Assembly (NCBI GenBank): GCA_963668025.2
Contig: CAXXTH010000003.1
Location: forward strand, 32,001-96,000
DNA from: Candidatus Hydrogenedentota bacterium
GTDB lineage: Bacteria > Hydrogenedentota > Hydrogenedentia > Hydrogenedentales > SLHB01
Direction: 5' to 3'
Length of the DNA: 64,000 bases
How positions within the stretch are numbered: position 1 is the first letter of the stretch; every line of letters starts with the position of its first letter. Both the position numbers and the translations under genes were made by a program. Below are positions 18,163 to 28,434 of the stretch, in pieces. Below the pieces are notes generated by a model that did no database searches, was not told the DNA's origin, and saw only the letters and a list, made by a program, of their open reading frames with translations.

Positions 18163-19191
18163 TTACGATTCGGATATAACGGAATTATGCGCACGTGCGT
18201 AGGCGCGCATAGCGTGGAGATTGGCATGAGGCGTATCGCGCGGGACTTCACAGCCAGCGCCAGCGATATACCGGGGAGATGCTGCCGAATGGCATTGCGT
18301 CAAAATACGCTCTACGTCTTCAGGCGAGCCATTGCGCAGCACTTTCACGGGGTCCATATTTCCCAGGAGCATTTGATCCGGCCCCATGGCGTTCCGCGCC
18401 GCCGCCATGTCAACCGGATAATCCAAATCGACGATAGCGCACCCTAGGCGCGCCATAGGGACGGTGATCCCAGAGGTATTGCCGCAAATATGGAGCCTAG
18501 TAAGGCCGCCCATGGCGTGGATGCCGTCCACAAGTTGTTTCTCGAAAGGCCATATAAACTCGTTGTATGTGTCTGGGCTTACAAGGGAAGCGGCCGCATC
18601 GCCGATGCCGATCAAATCAGCGCCCGCCTCGAGCTGGGCTTTAGCGAAACGCAGTCCAAGTTCCACGGCGAAAGCGAACAAATCACGGACGAATGCTGGT
18701 TCCGTGTAGAAATCCATCATCAGCGTATTGATGCCGCGCAGATCCGCGCCCTCCGCGCATGGGCCTTCTATCCAGCCTTCAATAAGTTTTTCTCCACGCA
18801 ATCGCTCCCCGAATAAGGCCATCGCTTGAACGCGGTCCGTCATACGCCCGCCTCCCAACGGATCAGGCGCGCGCAAAGAGGTTAAAGCGGTTGTTTCGCG
18901 AAGCAGCGCATGGGTTTCCAATAATGCAGGCGGCTGGTGATCATAAAACTCCACCGCCGCTCCGCAATCCGCTGCTTCCCGCGCAGGATCAGAAATGCCG
19001 GAGACAAAATCAATATCAAACGCTTCCGCCGTGCGGAGCTGGCCTTCCACCAGCACTCGGTGGTCCTTGACATATGCCACATACGGCTTGCCAACAAAAT
19101 CCGCGGCAAACATCATGGTTATGGGCATAAATGGCAGGCTGTCCACTGGTTCGCCCGCAAGAGCCGACAAGATGCGTTCACGTCCATTCAT
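18163..19191 (-). CDS. Uroporphyrinogen decarboxylase-family / MtaA-CmuA-like protein
   Basis: MNGRERIL, EGPCAE, IGDAAAS, LHICG, GNMDP and GCEVP motifs. Confidence 0.85.
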   Translation of the reverse strand: MNGRERILSALAGEPVDSLPFMPITMMFAADFVGKPYVAYVKDHRVLVEGQLRTAEAFDIDFVSGISDPAREAADCGAAVEFYDHQPPALLETHALLRETTALTSLRAPDPLGGGRMTDRVQAMALFGERLRGEKLIEGWIEGPCAEGADLRGINTLMMDFYTEPAFVRDLFAFAVELGLRFAKAQLEAGADLIGIGDAAASLVSPDTYNEFIWPFEKQLVDGIHAMGGLTRLHICGNTSGITVPMARLGCAIVDLDYPVDMAAARNAMGPDQMLLGNMDPVKVLRNGSPEDVERILTQCHSAASPRYIAGAGCEVPRDTPHANLHAMRAYARAHNSVISES

Positions 19192-19490
19192 GATGAAAAT
19201 ACCTTATGTGTGCGCCGCCATAAAAGAAAGCGTTTTCCTATGCCGGAATACTATATCTTCCCTCCGGATCTGCTGTCAACATCAAGAAAGGTTCAAATAT
19301 TTGCATGTGTGTAGGCTCACCCGTTTGGAGAAGTTTGGAGAAGTGTGCAATTTTAACGCAGAGTCGTATGGATTTTGTTTTAGTAAACACAGCCAATTTA
19401 CCCGGCAATTCGGGAAAGGTGGACTTGGGGCAAGGACTGAGGTACTCTCTTTCCTAATAGGACATTTTTATTAATGGATGATGGAGGCCT

Positions 19491-20363
19491 ATGCGGACGG
19501 TATTACAGGATTGCGCCCGGGAGAATTGCCCGCTTGCGCCATTGACGTTATATAAAATCGGCGGGACCGCCCGCGTAGCCTTATTTCCCCGCACCATGGA
19601 AGAAGCCTGTGAAGCCTATGCTTGGATGGCGGCCCAGTCCGGGCGCAAGCTGGTGCTGGGAGGCGGCTCGAATGTGCTAGTGTCGGATCGAGGATTTGAT
19701 GGCATTGTGCTGGCCACCACGGAGCTGGCTGGCATTGAACCATTAGGCGATGAACGCTACCGCGTGGAATGCGGCACGCCGTTGAACCGGCTCGTGCGGC
19801 AAATCATGCTCACTAAGAATTACGCGGGCGTAGGCGGCCTTACTGGGATCCCCGGTTCCGTGGGCGGTGCGGTATATATGAACGCAGGCACGGTAAATGG
19901 CTCCACTTGCCAGCTTCTCGAGTCGGTGGATCTCCTCAGTCCAGAAGGCCGCCGCACCGTGGCGATGGGGGATTCACTGTATGGGTATCGAGGCCAGACG
20001 TTCTGTCCTCCTGGCGCGCTCATTTTAAGTGGCATTTTTCGGTTCCAGCGCTCGGGCGAAGATCAACAGGCTATTTATTATCATTATATGCAGCGGCGCA
20101 TCGAGAAACAGCCCCAAGGCCGTTGCTGCGGCAGCGTCTTCAAGAATCCAGAAAGGGAGCATGCGGGGCGGCTTATCGAGGCATGCGGCCTCAAAGGAAC
20201 CCGGCAGGGCGGCGCGGTGATCAGCCCGCTGCACGCGAACTTCATCATGAACGAACAGAACGCCTCTTTCGAAGATGTCATGGGCCTGATCCAATTATGC
20301 AAAACTCGCGTGAAAGAACGGTTTGGCGTGGAGCTGGAAGAGGAAGTGCGTATCATCCACTGA
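19491..20363 (+). CDS. murB: UDP-N-acetylenolpyruvoylglucosamine reductase
   Basis: YKIGG, GGGSNVL, GIPGSVGGAVYMNAG, GSVFKNP, HANF and LEEEV motifs. Confidence 0.95.
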   Translation: MRTVLQDCARENCPLAPLTLYKIGGTARVALFPRTMEEACEAYAWMAAQSGRKLVLGGGSNVLVSDRGFDGIVLATTELAGIEPLGDERYRVECGTPLNRLVRQIMLTKNYAGVGGLTGIPGSVGGAVYMNAGTVNGSTCQLLESVDLLSPEGRRTVAMGDSLYGYRGQTFCPPGALILSGIFRFQRSGEDQQAIYYHYMQRRIEKQPQGRCCGSVFKNPEREHAGRLIEACGLKGTRQGGAVISPLHANFIMNEQNASFEDVMGLIQLCKTRVKERFGVELEEEVRIIH

Positions 20364-20443
20364 AACCTTGAGCGTCACAACGCGGCATGGCCGCAACCAA
20401 AGATCCGTATTTTAAACCACAAAATACACTAAAATTCAGATGG

Positions 20444-20465
20444 GTAGGGTGGGGCTTGCCCCACC
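20444..20465 (+). repeat. GTAG-type REP-like palindrome
   Basis: GTAG-GGTGGGG-CTTG-CCCCACC in the murB-pilT intergenic region. Confidence 0.6.
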
Positions 20466-20617
20466 GTTCAAAGAATTCATCGACCAAAATACTATGTAAA
20501 ATTCGTAGGTCCTAACCAATTAAAATACATTGGTTTACACAAAAAATCCTTGCAAGAAAACAACACTTTGGTGGTTAGTAGTACTGAGCAGCAATACCGC
20601 GCCAGGAGATTCGCCCC

Positions 20618-21667
20618 ATGGATTTACACGAACTATTTGACCTAGTCGAACAGCGGGGCGCTTCAGACCTGCTGCTCAGTGCAGGCGCGCCACCCGTCCT
20701 GAGAGTCAACGGAAAACTGTATCGAACACGCCATGATGTGCTTGCGCCCGAACAAGCCAAAGAGCTCATTTACAGCGCCCTCTCTTCTGAACAACAAATA
20801 CGATTCGAGTCCCATAAAGAGCTGGATTTATCCTTCTCCTTGAAAGTGGAACACCGTTTCCGGGTGAATGTCTATTATCAGAAAGGCGCTGTTACGGCCG
20901 CTTTCCGGCCTATCCCAGAATCGATCTCCTCATTGGAGTCTTTAGGCGTACCCGAGGTGGCGGGCGAACTGGCCATGATGAAGCAAGGGCTGATTTTGGT
21001 CACCGGGCCTACGGGCCACGGCAAGACCACCACCCTGGCCTCCATGATCGACCTCATTAACACCCGCTTGGAACGCCATATCGTCACGATTGAAGACCCT
21101 ATAGAATTCCTGCATGCACACAAAAGATGCGTGGTGGATCAGCGTGAAGTCGGCATCGACACATTGAGCTTTTATGACGCCCTCAAATATGTGCTGCGCC
21201 AAGCGCCGGATGTGATCCTTATCGGCGAGATGCGCGACCTTGAAACCATCCAAGCCGCCTTGCGGGCCGCCGAAACAGGCCATTTGGTTATGGCCACCTT
21301 GCACACCAATGATGCGATTCAAACCGTGGACCGCATCATTGACGTGTTTCCCGCCGAACAACAACAGCAGATCCGGTTCATGTTGAGCATGACGCTGCTG
21401 GCGGTGATTTCGCAGCGCTTGCTTCCGCGCACCGACGGTGAAGGGCGCGTCTTGGCGTGCGAGATCTTGCGGAACAACACCGCCGTGGCCAATCTGATCC
21501 GGGAAGGCAAGACCCACCAAGTCTACAGCATCATGGAAACGAACACGAAAGATGGCATGATTACCTTGGACCGAAGCATTAAAGATTTGTATCTGGATGG
21601 CTTGGTGGGATATGAGGACGCCGTGGGGCATCTGCGCAATCCAAAAGCGCTCCTCGAACGGCAATGA
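20618..21667 (+). CDS. pilT: Type IV pilus retraction ATPase, PilT/PilU family
   Basis: ASDLLL, GPTGHGKTT, TIEDPIE, QREVG, GEMRD, ETGHLV and TLHTN motifs. Confidence 0.92.
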   Translation: MDLHELFDLVEQRGASDLLLSAGAPPVLRVNGKLYRTRHDVLAPEQAKELIYSALSSEQQIRFESHKELDLSFSLKVEHRFRVNVYYQKGAVTAAFRPIPESISSLESLGVPEVAGELAMMKQGLILVTGPTGHGKTTTLASMIDLINTRLERHIVTIEDPIEFLHAHKRCVVDQREVGIDTLSFYDALKYVLRQAPDVILIGEMRDLETIQAALRAAETGHLVMATLHTNDAIQTVDRIIDVFPAEQQQQIRFMLSMTLLAVISQRLLPRTDGEGRVLACEILRNNTAVANLIREGKTHQVYSIMETNTKDGMITLDRSIKDLYLDGLVGYEDAVGHLRNPKALLERQ

Positions 21668-21793
21668 GAATGTAGCTCCACAAGAAGAGGTCAACGCGCA
21701 ACCTCCTGCGGGTTTTTTTTTGGAAACCTCATCCTCTTTTTCGTTATACTTTCCCAAAATGAATGAAACTCTTTTACCCATGTGGATATTAAT

Positions 21794-22525
21794 ATGAGTG
21801 AAAACGGCGATATGTCCCCGAGCCAGGGGAGAGGCACAGGTAGGGACGCGGTAGAGGCCATGGCGGAAGGAATATGCGGCGCGGCCAAACTGCAACGAGC
21901 AGGGCAGTTGCGCGTATTGGAGCGCGAAGGCGCGCCTATACGCGAACGGGACGATGAGACCCTCATGCTCGAACACGGCGAAGGCTCGGAAGAAGCCTTC
22001 GATGAATTGGTGCGGCGCCACCAGCGGGGCGTATTGAATTATACTTTCCGCATGGTGCAGAACCGGCAAATTGCCGAGGAATTGACGCAGGAGGTGTTCG
22101 TGGCGCTGGTGAAAAACGCGGAACGGTACCAGCCTACTGCGAAATTCACCACCTACCTGTATGCCATCGCTTCGAATATCGTGTCCAAAGAATGGACCCG
22201 CCGCAAACGGCGTCCCAAACTCTTCAGTTTATCTTACTGGTCCAAGCCAGACGATGAAAGCGATCCCCTCGAGCACTTGGGCGATGGGCAAGCCAACACG
22301 ATGGCCGATTTCCAGCGGGGCGAGATTTCGGAGGCGGTGAATAAAGCGCTTATGTCTATCCCGGAACACCAGCGGGAGGCCTTTGTGCTGCATCGGCTCC
22401 AAGATTTGCCTTACGAAGAAGTCGCGGAGATTACCAATTCCCCGGTTGGTACAATCAAATCGCGGGTAGTGCGCGCGGAACGGGCGCTGCGGCCATTGCT
22501 GGAAGAGTACCGTGAATATGTTTGA
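21794..22525 (+). CDS. ECF RNA polymerase sigma factor
   Basis: AEELTQEVF, FTTYLYAIA, LPYEEVAEI, GTIKSR; start uncertain (21782-21859). Confidence 0.9.
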   Translation: MSENGDMSPSQGRGTGRDAVEAMAEGICGAAKLQRAGQLRVLEREGAPIRERDDETLMLEHGEGSEEAFDELVRRHQRGVLNYTFRMVQNRQIAEELTQEVFVALVKNAERYQPTAKFTTYLYAIASNIVSKEWTRRKRRPKLFSLSYWSKPDDESDPLEHLGDGQANTMADFQRGEISEAVNKALMSIPEHQREAFVLHRLQDLPYEEVAEITNSPVGTIKSRVVRAERALRPLLEEYREYV

Positions 22526-23210
22526 TCGACTAAAATTGGGATTGCATCCCACCTCCCGGGAGCTCTTCACCTTCGCTGAAGGGCTGCAAGACGAAGGTTC
22601 GTCGGTTTCCGCGCGGGTGATGCGCCATGTGGCGCGATGTAAACAATGCGCCAATGAGGTGGCCGCCATACGCGCCACCTTGGGCTGCGTGACGAAAACG
22701 CCTGTGCTAGAACCTTCCCGGGCCCTTACGGCGCGCATTCTGGCCGCGGGACGGATTGAACGCGCCGCCAAAGAAAAACGGAAAGCCCGCTTCCAAGCCT
22801 GTTTTAATGTGGCTAAAAGCGTTGCGTGCGTGGCGGGCTTGGCGGTCATCGGTTTCGTTTCTTTCCGCATCGCGTTGGATGGGCCTTTTTCCATGCCGCA
22901 GGCTTCCGCGGCCATGCTGGCTCCTATCCAGCATGTGGCCATGCAGAGCCCATCACCAGAAGAATTGCGCAAAGCCACTTCACAGCTTAGGGTGTTGGCG
23001 TCGGCGCTGGATACACAGTCCAACAGCGTACGAAACGCCATGGAACAGCGCCACTGGCGTATGGCTACTGCCCTAAACGATGATCTTTCGGCGGCTCTGG
23101 CGGCTCTCGAACGGAATCCGGGCAACCAGCATGCAAGCCGCTTGGCTAGTTTGAGCATCCAACGTTTGGCCGACACTCAAAAACGGCTATACGAAGAACG
23201 GAGCCTGTAA
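22512..23210 (+). CDS. Zinc-finger (ZAS) membrane anti-sigma factor
   Basis: HP...HVARCKQC motif, single TM helix, overlaps the sigma stop codon. Confidence 0.75.
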   Translation: MNMFDRLKLGLHPTSRELFTFAEGLQDEGSSVSARVMRHVARCKQCANEVAAIRATLGCVTKTPVLEPSRALTARILAAGRIERAAKEKRKARFQACFNVAKSVACVAGLAVIGFVSFRIALDGPFSMPQASAAMLAPIQHVAMQSPSPEELRKATSQLRVLASALDTQSNSVRNAMEQRHWRMATALNDDLSAALAALERNPGNQHASRLASLSIQRLADTQKRLYEERSL

Positions 23211-23228
23211 GCAGCGCGTGTACGATTC

Positions 23229-25184
23229 ATGCAAGCATCCCTCTCTATGAACGCCAGGAAATGCTTCTTGGCGGTTTTTTTTGCTGTGTTGTCTTCGCTC
23301 ATGGCGGCGGCGGCGTATGCCCAGCAAGCGGAAAATCCCCCCGAACCCGCCACGGACAATTCTATTTTCGATATCATCGCCCATGGCCTCAGCCAGATCG
23401 GCGCGCGCACCCAGGAATTCGTTGCGCCAAGATTTAACTCACTGAACAGCCTGGATGACAATAATCCATCCAAATTCAATGTCACGCGCGAATTCGATGA
23501 GAATTATCCTGTAAAACCAACTGTGAACGTTTCCGTCACCCATGCGGATGGGGAAGTCCGTATCGAGGCATGGGATAATCCCGTGGTGAATGTGCGGGTC
23601 GAGATCACGGCGGGAGCCGATACCTTCGAAATGGCGCAAGAGATTTGTACGGCGATAAACATCGACGTGGTTTCATCGCCGGAACAGGTGGCCATCCGTA
23701 CGCTTTATCCGGACACCCGAGGCATGGGCGTGAATTGCTCAGCCAATTATGTCATTTCGGTGCCTCGAGAGGCGAGTGTGGATTGTAGCACGAGTTTTGG
23801 CGACACGATTATTCGCGGCGTTGGCGGCGCGGTGGGAATCGACTCCAACTTCGGTGTCGTGGATATCAGCGATATTGGCGGCGCGGTGCGGGTGCGCGCC
23901 AAGGGCGATTGGCCCTTGCAAGCCTCAAATTTACGCCAAGGCGGCAACTTTATTTTGCGGCTTACCCAAGCCGAATTCCGGCAGATTTCGTCATCTCTTC
24001 AGGTCAGCAATTATCTCGGCTCGGTGATGATAAGCGGACTCGCTCCGGCTCTTAACGCCGAAATATTGAATGAGGGCGGCCCAGTACATATCGCATTGGG
24101 CTCAAATGATGAACCCGATATCGAGGCCCTGGCGCTCTTTGGAGACATACAATCCGATGTGCCGCTTCAAACCGCCACCAAAGGCCATCGTATGGAAGGC
24201 TGTTTGCCCCATAAAGAGTCTCCGCAGCATATCGGCGTGAATGTATCTTACGGAAGCATACGTATCACCCGTGACGCCCAAAACGGCACATCAGGCGCTC
24301 CTCCTCCTGAGCTTGGCGAATATACAAAAAATGTCCTCACTCGGGATTTGGCCATGGAGCCAGGTAAAGCACTCGATATTTCCGCGATTCCTGGTGATGT
24401 GCGTATCGTAGGTTCCGATGAGCCGCTGATACATGTGGAAGCCACGCAATTGGTCCGCTTGGCGGACCAAACGAAAGCCCCCCAAGCCATTGCCGCACTC
24501 AAGGTGGCGCTGGCCGAGCAAGATGGGCGCATCATACTTCAGACACAAGCGGATACGGGCCTCGCCGAAATGGGGTGCTCGGATTACCGCGTGGATATAT
24601 CGGTGTCATGCCCTCGAACAGCGCCTATATCCATCTCCGCCCAAAACGGCAAATGCGCCATCAAAGGCATGCAAAGCCCTGTAAAGGCTTCACTGGCCGC
24701 CGGAAGCGTGTCCGTGGAGCAATGCGGCGGAGAAGTCTCCATTACAAATCAGAACGGCGATGTCGAGGCGCTTGATTGCTTGGGGGCGCTCTTGATTACG
24801 GCCAGCAAAGGTAAAATAAGCAGCCGGAATGGCAGCGGCCCCCAAACATTGGATGGTACGGAATGCAAAACGATCGTTGATGCGCCACGGGCGAATGTGA
24901 CGGTGCGCCAGCATGGCGGCGATGTGCGCATCATGCCGCTGGATGGCATATTGGGAGACTACTCCATTACAGCGGAGAACGCCAACGTAAGCCTGCTTAT
25001 GCCGGAGTCGGCGGATGTGCGCATACTCGCCACCGCCCATGGCGGCGTAGTGCGGACCGCCATACCTTTGACGGGTGAAGTGTCCAAGGAAGGATATAAG
25101 CTTCAAGGTGTTCCCGCGGAAGGCTTGGCTGGAAAATACCAAGTCACGCTTACCACCACCAACGGCGATATCATGATTGATTAG
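23229..25184 (+). CDS. Secreted DUF4097-like beta-strand repeat protein (two repeat blocks)
   Basis: Signal peptide; repeated V-x-x-x-T-x-x-G-D-V-x-I units; ends TTTNGDIMID. Confidence 0.75.
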   Translation: MQASLSMNARKCFLAVFFAVLSSLMAAAAYAQQAENPPEPATDNSIFDIIAHGLSQIGARTQEFVAPRFNSLNSLDDNNPSKFNVTREFDENYPVKPTVNVSVTHADGEVRIEAWDNPVVNVRVEITAGADTFEMAQEICTAINIDVVSSPEQVAIRTLYPDTRGMGVNCSANYVISVPREASVDCSTSFGDTIIRGVGGAVGIDSNFGVVDISDIGGAVRVRAKGDWPLQASNLRQGGNFILRLTQAEFRQISSSLQVSNYLGSVMISGLAPALNAEILNEGGPVHIALGSNDEPDIEALALFGDIQSDVPLQTATKGHRMEGCLPHKESPQHIGVNVSYGSIRITRDAQNGTSGAPPPELGEYTKNVLTRDLAMEPGKALDISAIPGDVRIVGSDEPLIHVEATQLVRLADQTKAPQAIAALKVALAEQDGRIILQTQADTGLAEMGCSDYRVDISVSCPRTAPISISAQNGKCAIKGMQSPVKASLAAGSVSVEQCGGEVSITNQNGDVEALDCLGALLITASKGKISSRNGSGPQTLDGTECKTIVDAPRANVTVRQHGGDVRIMPLDGILGDYSITAENANVSLLMPESADVRILATAHGGVVRTAIPLTGEVSKEGYKLQGVPAEGLAGKYQVTLTTTNGDIMID

Positions 25185-25234
25185 AGCGCGTTTCACACCA
25201 TGTGTGGGACCGGCGCCCCCGCCGATCATTCATC

Positions 25235-27340
25235 TTACCCCGTCGCTTGCAGCGCCTTGTCTAATCCGGGGACATTCTGCGCTCCCGCTGGAATCGTGAT
25301 GCTGGAGCCTGCGAAATCCTCTCCGATGGGCTCAAAACGGCCGCCTAATACTTGAGACATGAATGCCTCCGCCACGGCAAAGAACGACAGCCGGTTCTCA
25401 GGCCGGGCAAAGCCATGGCCTTCGTCTGGGTAAAGCACATACGTCACCGGAATGCCTTTCGCCTCCATGGCGTGGACAATTTGGTCTGATTCCGTTTGTT
25501 TTACTCGGGGATCATTAGCGCCTTGGGCGATGAGCAAAGGACGTTCGATGCGTTCCACATAGGTAAGAGGCGACCGCTTTTCTAGAAATTTACACCCTTC
25601 GTCTGTACGGTGGTCGCCCACGCGCGTCGTAAATAAATCGATCATGGGGGCCCAGTACGGCGGGATGGAATGAAGCAGCGTCACTAGATTTGAAGGGCCG
25701 ACTATGTCCGCTCCACAGGCAAATGTGTCCGGGGTCATGGTGAGCGCGGCGAGGACGGCGTAGCCACCATAACTTCCGCCGAAAATCCCCACCTTTTCCG
25801 GATCCGCGATGCCCTGTTCGACAGCCCAGTGGACGGCATCCAAGAGGTCGTCGTGCATTTTCGCGCCCCATTCGCGATTGCCTGCATTCAAGAACGCCTT
25901 GCCAAATCCCGTTGAACCTCGGAAGTTCACATCCAGGACAGCATAGCCCCGGTTGGCGAACCATTGGTGGGATGCGTTATACCCCCAATCCGAACGGGCC
26001 CATGGGCCGCCGTGTACAAATAATATAAGGGGGATAGGCTTTGGAGGCGTGATGGATTGCCCAGCGCTTTCCGATAACGGAAGAGAGAGATAGCTCACCA
26101 GTTCGAGCCCATCCCGTGACTGAATGATCACCGGATGCATTTTCACCAGCGGCTGTCCCTCAAGGTCGCTTCGGCTGGCGAAGAGAAACGTGGCGTTTTT
26201 GGTGGCTCTTTCATACCGATAAAAGCGAACAGGGCTATCGTCCAGCAAGTAGGCGATAATCCATACCGTATCATCGAGTGTCCGGCTTGCCAGTTCGATA
26301 TCGCCATCCGCCACTTCGCTCAAGGCCTTGAAATCCGCCGCTACGGCCGAATCGAGCATATCCCATTTTTTGCGCTCATAGGTAAACGCGGCTGCTTGCA
26401 GCACATTGGTGGCAGGCTGGACGAGCACGTCCGACAGGTCGGCCTTGGCGTTTTCCGCAACGACCATTTGCTTTCCTGTATTCAAGTCAAGAGTCGTCAA
26501 TGCCGCCGTATTGCGTTGTCTGCTATCGATGAGATACAGCACCTGCCCGGTTTGATCAAACCCCGCAATGGAAGTGGTCATGCTGTCTTCCGGCCCAATA
26601 GCCATGAACTCTTTCCACTCGTTATTCTCCGTGAGCGACAAAAGCTCTTTGCCGCCATCAGGCGTCATGCGAATGCCGAAGCGGATAGCATAATCGTCAT
26701 CAATGACAAAACTGGCGAAACCGGAATTTTCGAGCTTCAGACACCGGTCGCCTGTAGTCAGATCCACCGAATAGACATCATGAAGCTGGGGATCCCGATT
26801 GTTAAGGCCTATGAGCACTTGGTTGGGAAATTTATAACTGACGGCCTCGATTTCGGCGCGCACTCCCTCGAGGGGTGTCAGATCCCACGTTTCCATGGTT
26901 TGTAAATTGACCAAATATACATGCCAGTTTTCATCTCCACCCTTATCCTGAAGATACAGAATATGCTGGTTCGTATATGCCCAGAAATAATTCCGGATGC
27001 CGCGCTTTTCATCTTTCGTAACCGGCTGCGCTTGCTCTGGGGCATTCACCGGGCCCACCCAAACATTCAAGACGCCGCCAACAGGGGCTAAATACGCCAG
27101 TTTGGAGCCATCCGGGCTGATTTGCGGAGTAGCTTTATCGGGGCTGCCGAACAAAATGCGCCGGGGTATTAGCGACACAGCCGCCACCGCAGTCGCGGGT
27201 TTTAAAGCGGAGGACTTATTCTCGTGCGGCGCACCTGCGCCTTCGTTGCTGGACACGCACGCCACACATATGTATGAAAGCACCGCTAAAAACACGCACA
27301 CCCACAGAAACTGGCCGAACTTATTTATACTTACGCGCAT
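25235..27340 (-). CDS. S9-family (acylaminoacyl/dipeptidyl) peptidase
   Basis: [21 protein letters not shown] and DEGHG motifs; N-terminal propeller and signal peptide; start uncertain. Confidence 0.93.
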   Translation of the reverse strand: MRVSINKFGQFLWVCVFLAVLSYICVACVSSNEGAGAPHENKSSALKPATAVAAVSLIPRRILFGSPDKATPQISPDGSKLAYLAPVGGVLNVWVGPVNAPEQAQPVTKDEKRGIRNYFWAYTNQHILYLQDKGGDENWHVYLVNLQTMETWDLTPLEGVRAEIEAVSYKFPNQVLIGLNNRDPQLHDVYSVDLTTGDRCLKLENSGFASFVIDDDYAIRFGIRMTPDGGKELLSLTENNEWKEFMAIGPEDSMTTSIAGFDQTGQVLYLIDSRQRNTAALTTLDLNTGKQMVVAENAKADLSDVLVQPATNVLQAAAFTYERKKWDMLDSAVAADFKALSEVADGDIELASRTLDDTVWIIAYLLDDSPVRFYRYERATKNATFLFASRSDLEGQPLVKMHPVIIQSRDGLELVSYLSLPLSESAGQSITPPKPIPLILFVHGGPWARSDWGYNASHQWFANRGYAVLDVNFRGSTGFGKAFLNAGNREWGAKMHDDLLDAVHWAVEQGIADPEKVGIFGGSYGGYAVLAALTMTPDTFACGADIVGPSNLVTLLHSIPPYWAPMIDLFTTRVGDHRTDEGCKFLEKRSPLTYVERIERPLLIAQGANDPRVKQTESDQIVHAMEAKGIPVTYVLYPDEGHGFARPENRLSFFAVAEAFMSQVLGGRFEPIGEDFAGSSITIPAGAQNVPGLDKALQATG

Positions 27341-27525
27341 TCGATGTTTTCCTTGTGGTATGAAGACCCTTATTCGTTTCGACAAGAAGAAATTATACGC
27401 GCAATGACATGCGAACCCAAACCAGATTTTTCGCATTGTCGAAATATGAAAAGCTGTTCATCCGCATGATATAATTCGTCTCTTTTTCCAAACATGGCCC
27501 CAGCTACAGGAGCGAAGCAGAAACG

Positions 27526-28428
27526 ATGGCAGATGCAGAAAAATGCGCCCCTCCGCATCCGTTTGCGATTTGGATGCAAGCCGTTCGGGCGTATGCATTT
27601 CCCGCTTCCGCTTTGCCGGTCATTTTAGGCACGTTTGCTGCAACCCCTCTAGGCTCCATTCGCTGGGGATTAGCCATCGGTTCGCTGGTTTCCGTGCTGC
27701 TCATGCACTCCGCGGGCAACTTGCTAAATGATTACTTTGATCTTCGCTATGGCGTCGATAAACCGGGCGTCGAACCCGGGCGGCCGGGCGGCGTATTGCG
27801 GGCAGGCTTTCTTACACCATCGGCAGTGTTTATAGCGGCATTTGTATGCCTGGCCATCGCCGCGCCGATCTCGTTTATCATCGTCTATATGGCAGGTTTC
27901 TGGGCTCTTTTTTTCGGTTTATGCGGCGTATTCGCGCTCTATGCCTACACGGGCCCGCCTTTCACCCTAAAATACCGCGCTTTGGGGGAGCCGCTCATTT
28001 TCATCGTATATGGCCCATTTCCATTCCTCGGCGCGGCATATGTGCAGACGGGGCGGCTGGAAATGCTTGCGTTGCTCTATTCCATTCCGGTAGGCATGCT
28101 CATCGTGGCGATCCTGCTGGCGAATAATGCTCGAGACCTCGTTGAAGACCGCGCATCGGGGATTGCCACCCTCGCTATACGTTTGGGGCCTCAGTGGTCC
28201 AGGCGCGCGTATGCCTTCCTGCTTATTGGAGCGCCATGCAGTCTGGTCCTTTTTGCAGCATTGGACCTCATCCCCAAATGGCCTTTGCTGGCGATTGCGG
28301 CGTTTCCCGCCGCCATTCCCCTCCTGCGCAAAGACTTCGCCGCAGCCAGCGCGCTGGCGGATCTGGATGCACGGACCGTGGGCTATATGGCCCTGTTTTC
28401 CATATTCCTGCTTATCGGCATATTGTGA
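27526..28428 (+). CDS. menA: 1,4-dihydroxy-2-naphthoate prenyltransferase (UbiA family)
   Basis: NDYFD...GVD, YTGPP..LKYRALGE, NNARD..ED...G..TLA motifs. Confidence 0.85.
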   Translation: MADAEKCAPPHPFAIWMQAVRAYAFPASALPVILGTFAATPLGSIRWGLAIGSLVSVLLMHSAGNLLNDYFDLRYGVDKPGVEPGRPGGVLRAGFLTPSAVFIAAFVCLAIAAPISFIIVYMAGFWALFFGLCGVFALYAYTGPPFTLKYRALGEPLIFIVYGPFPFLGAAYVQTGRLEMLALLYSIPVGMLIVAILLANNARDLVEDRASGIATLAIRLGPQWSRRAYAFLLIGAPCSLVLFAALDLIPKWPLLAIAAFPAAIPLLRKDFAAASALADLDARTVGYMALFSIFLLIGIL

Positions 28429-28434
28429 ACAAGG

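Noticed and set aside
18163-19191. HemE or a methanol-type methyltransferase system
   Set aside because: The HxC and GC motifs fit the MtaA-like branch rather than HemE, but no corrinoid protein or partner gene is in the window, so no pathway is claimed.
19323-19344. Tandem GTTTGGAGAA x2 in the divergent promoter region
   Set aside because: It has only two units; it may be an operator, but nothing supports that.
20942-23176. Long antisense ORFs (375 aa and 315 aa)
   Set aside because: They are shadows of pilT, the sigma factor and the anti-sigma factor in GC-rich DNA.
25182-25234. Two small hairpins between convergent genes (REP-like or IS-end-like)
   Set aside because: They are single-copy in the window with 5-bp stems and cannot be told apart from a terminator.
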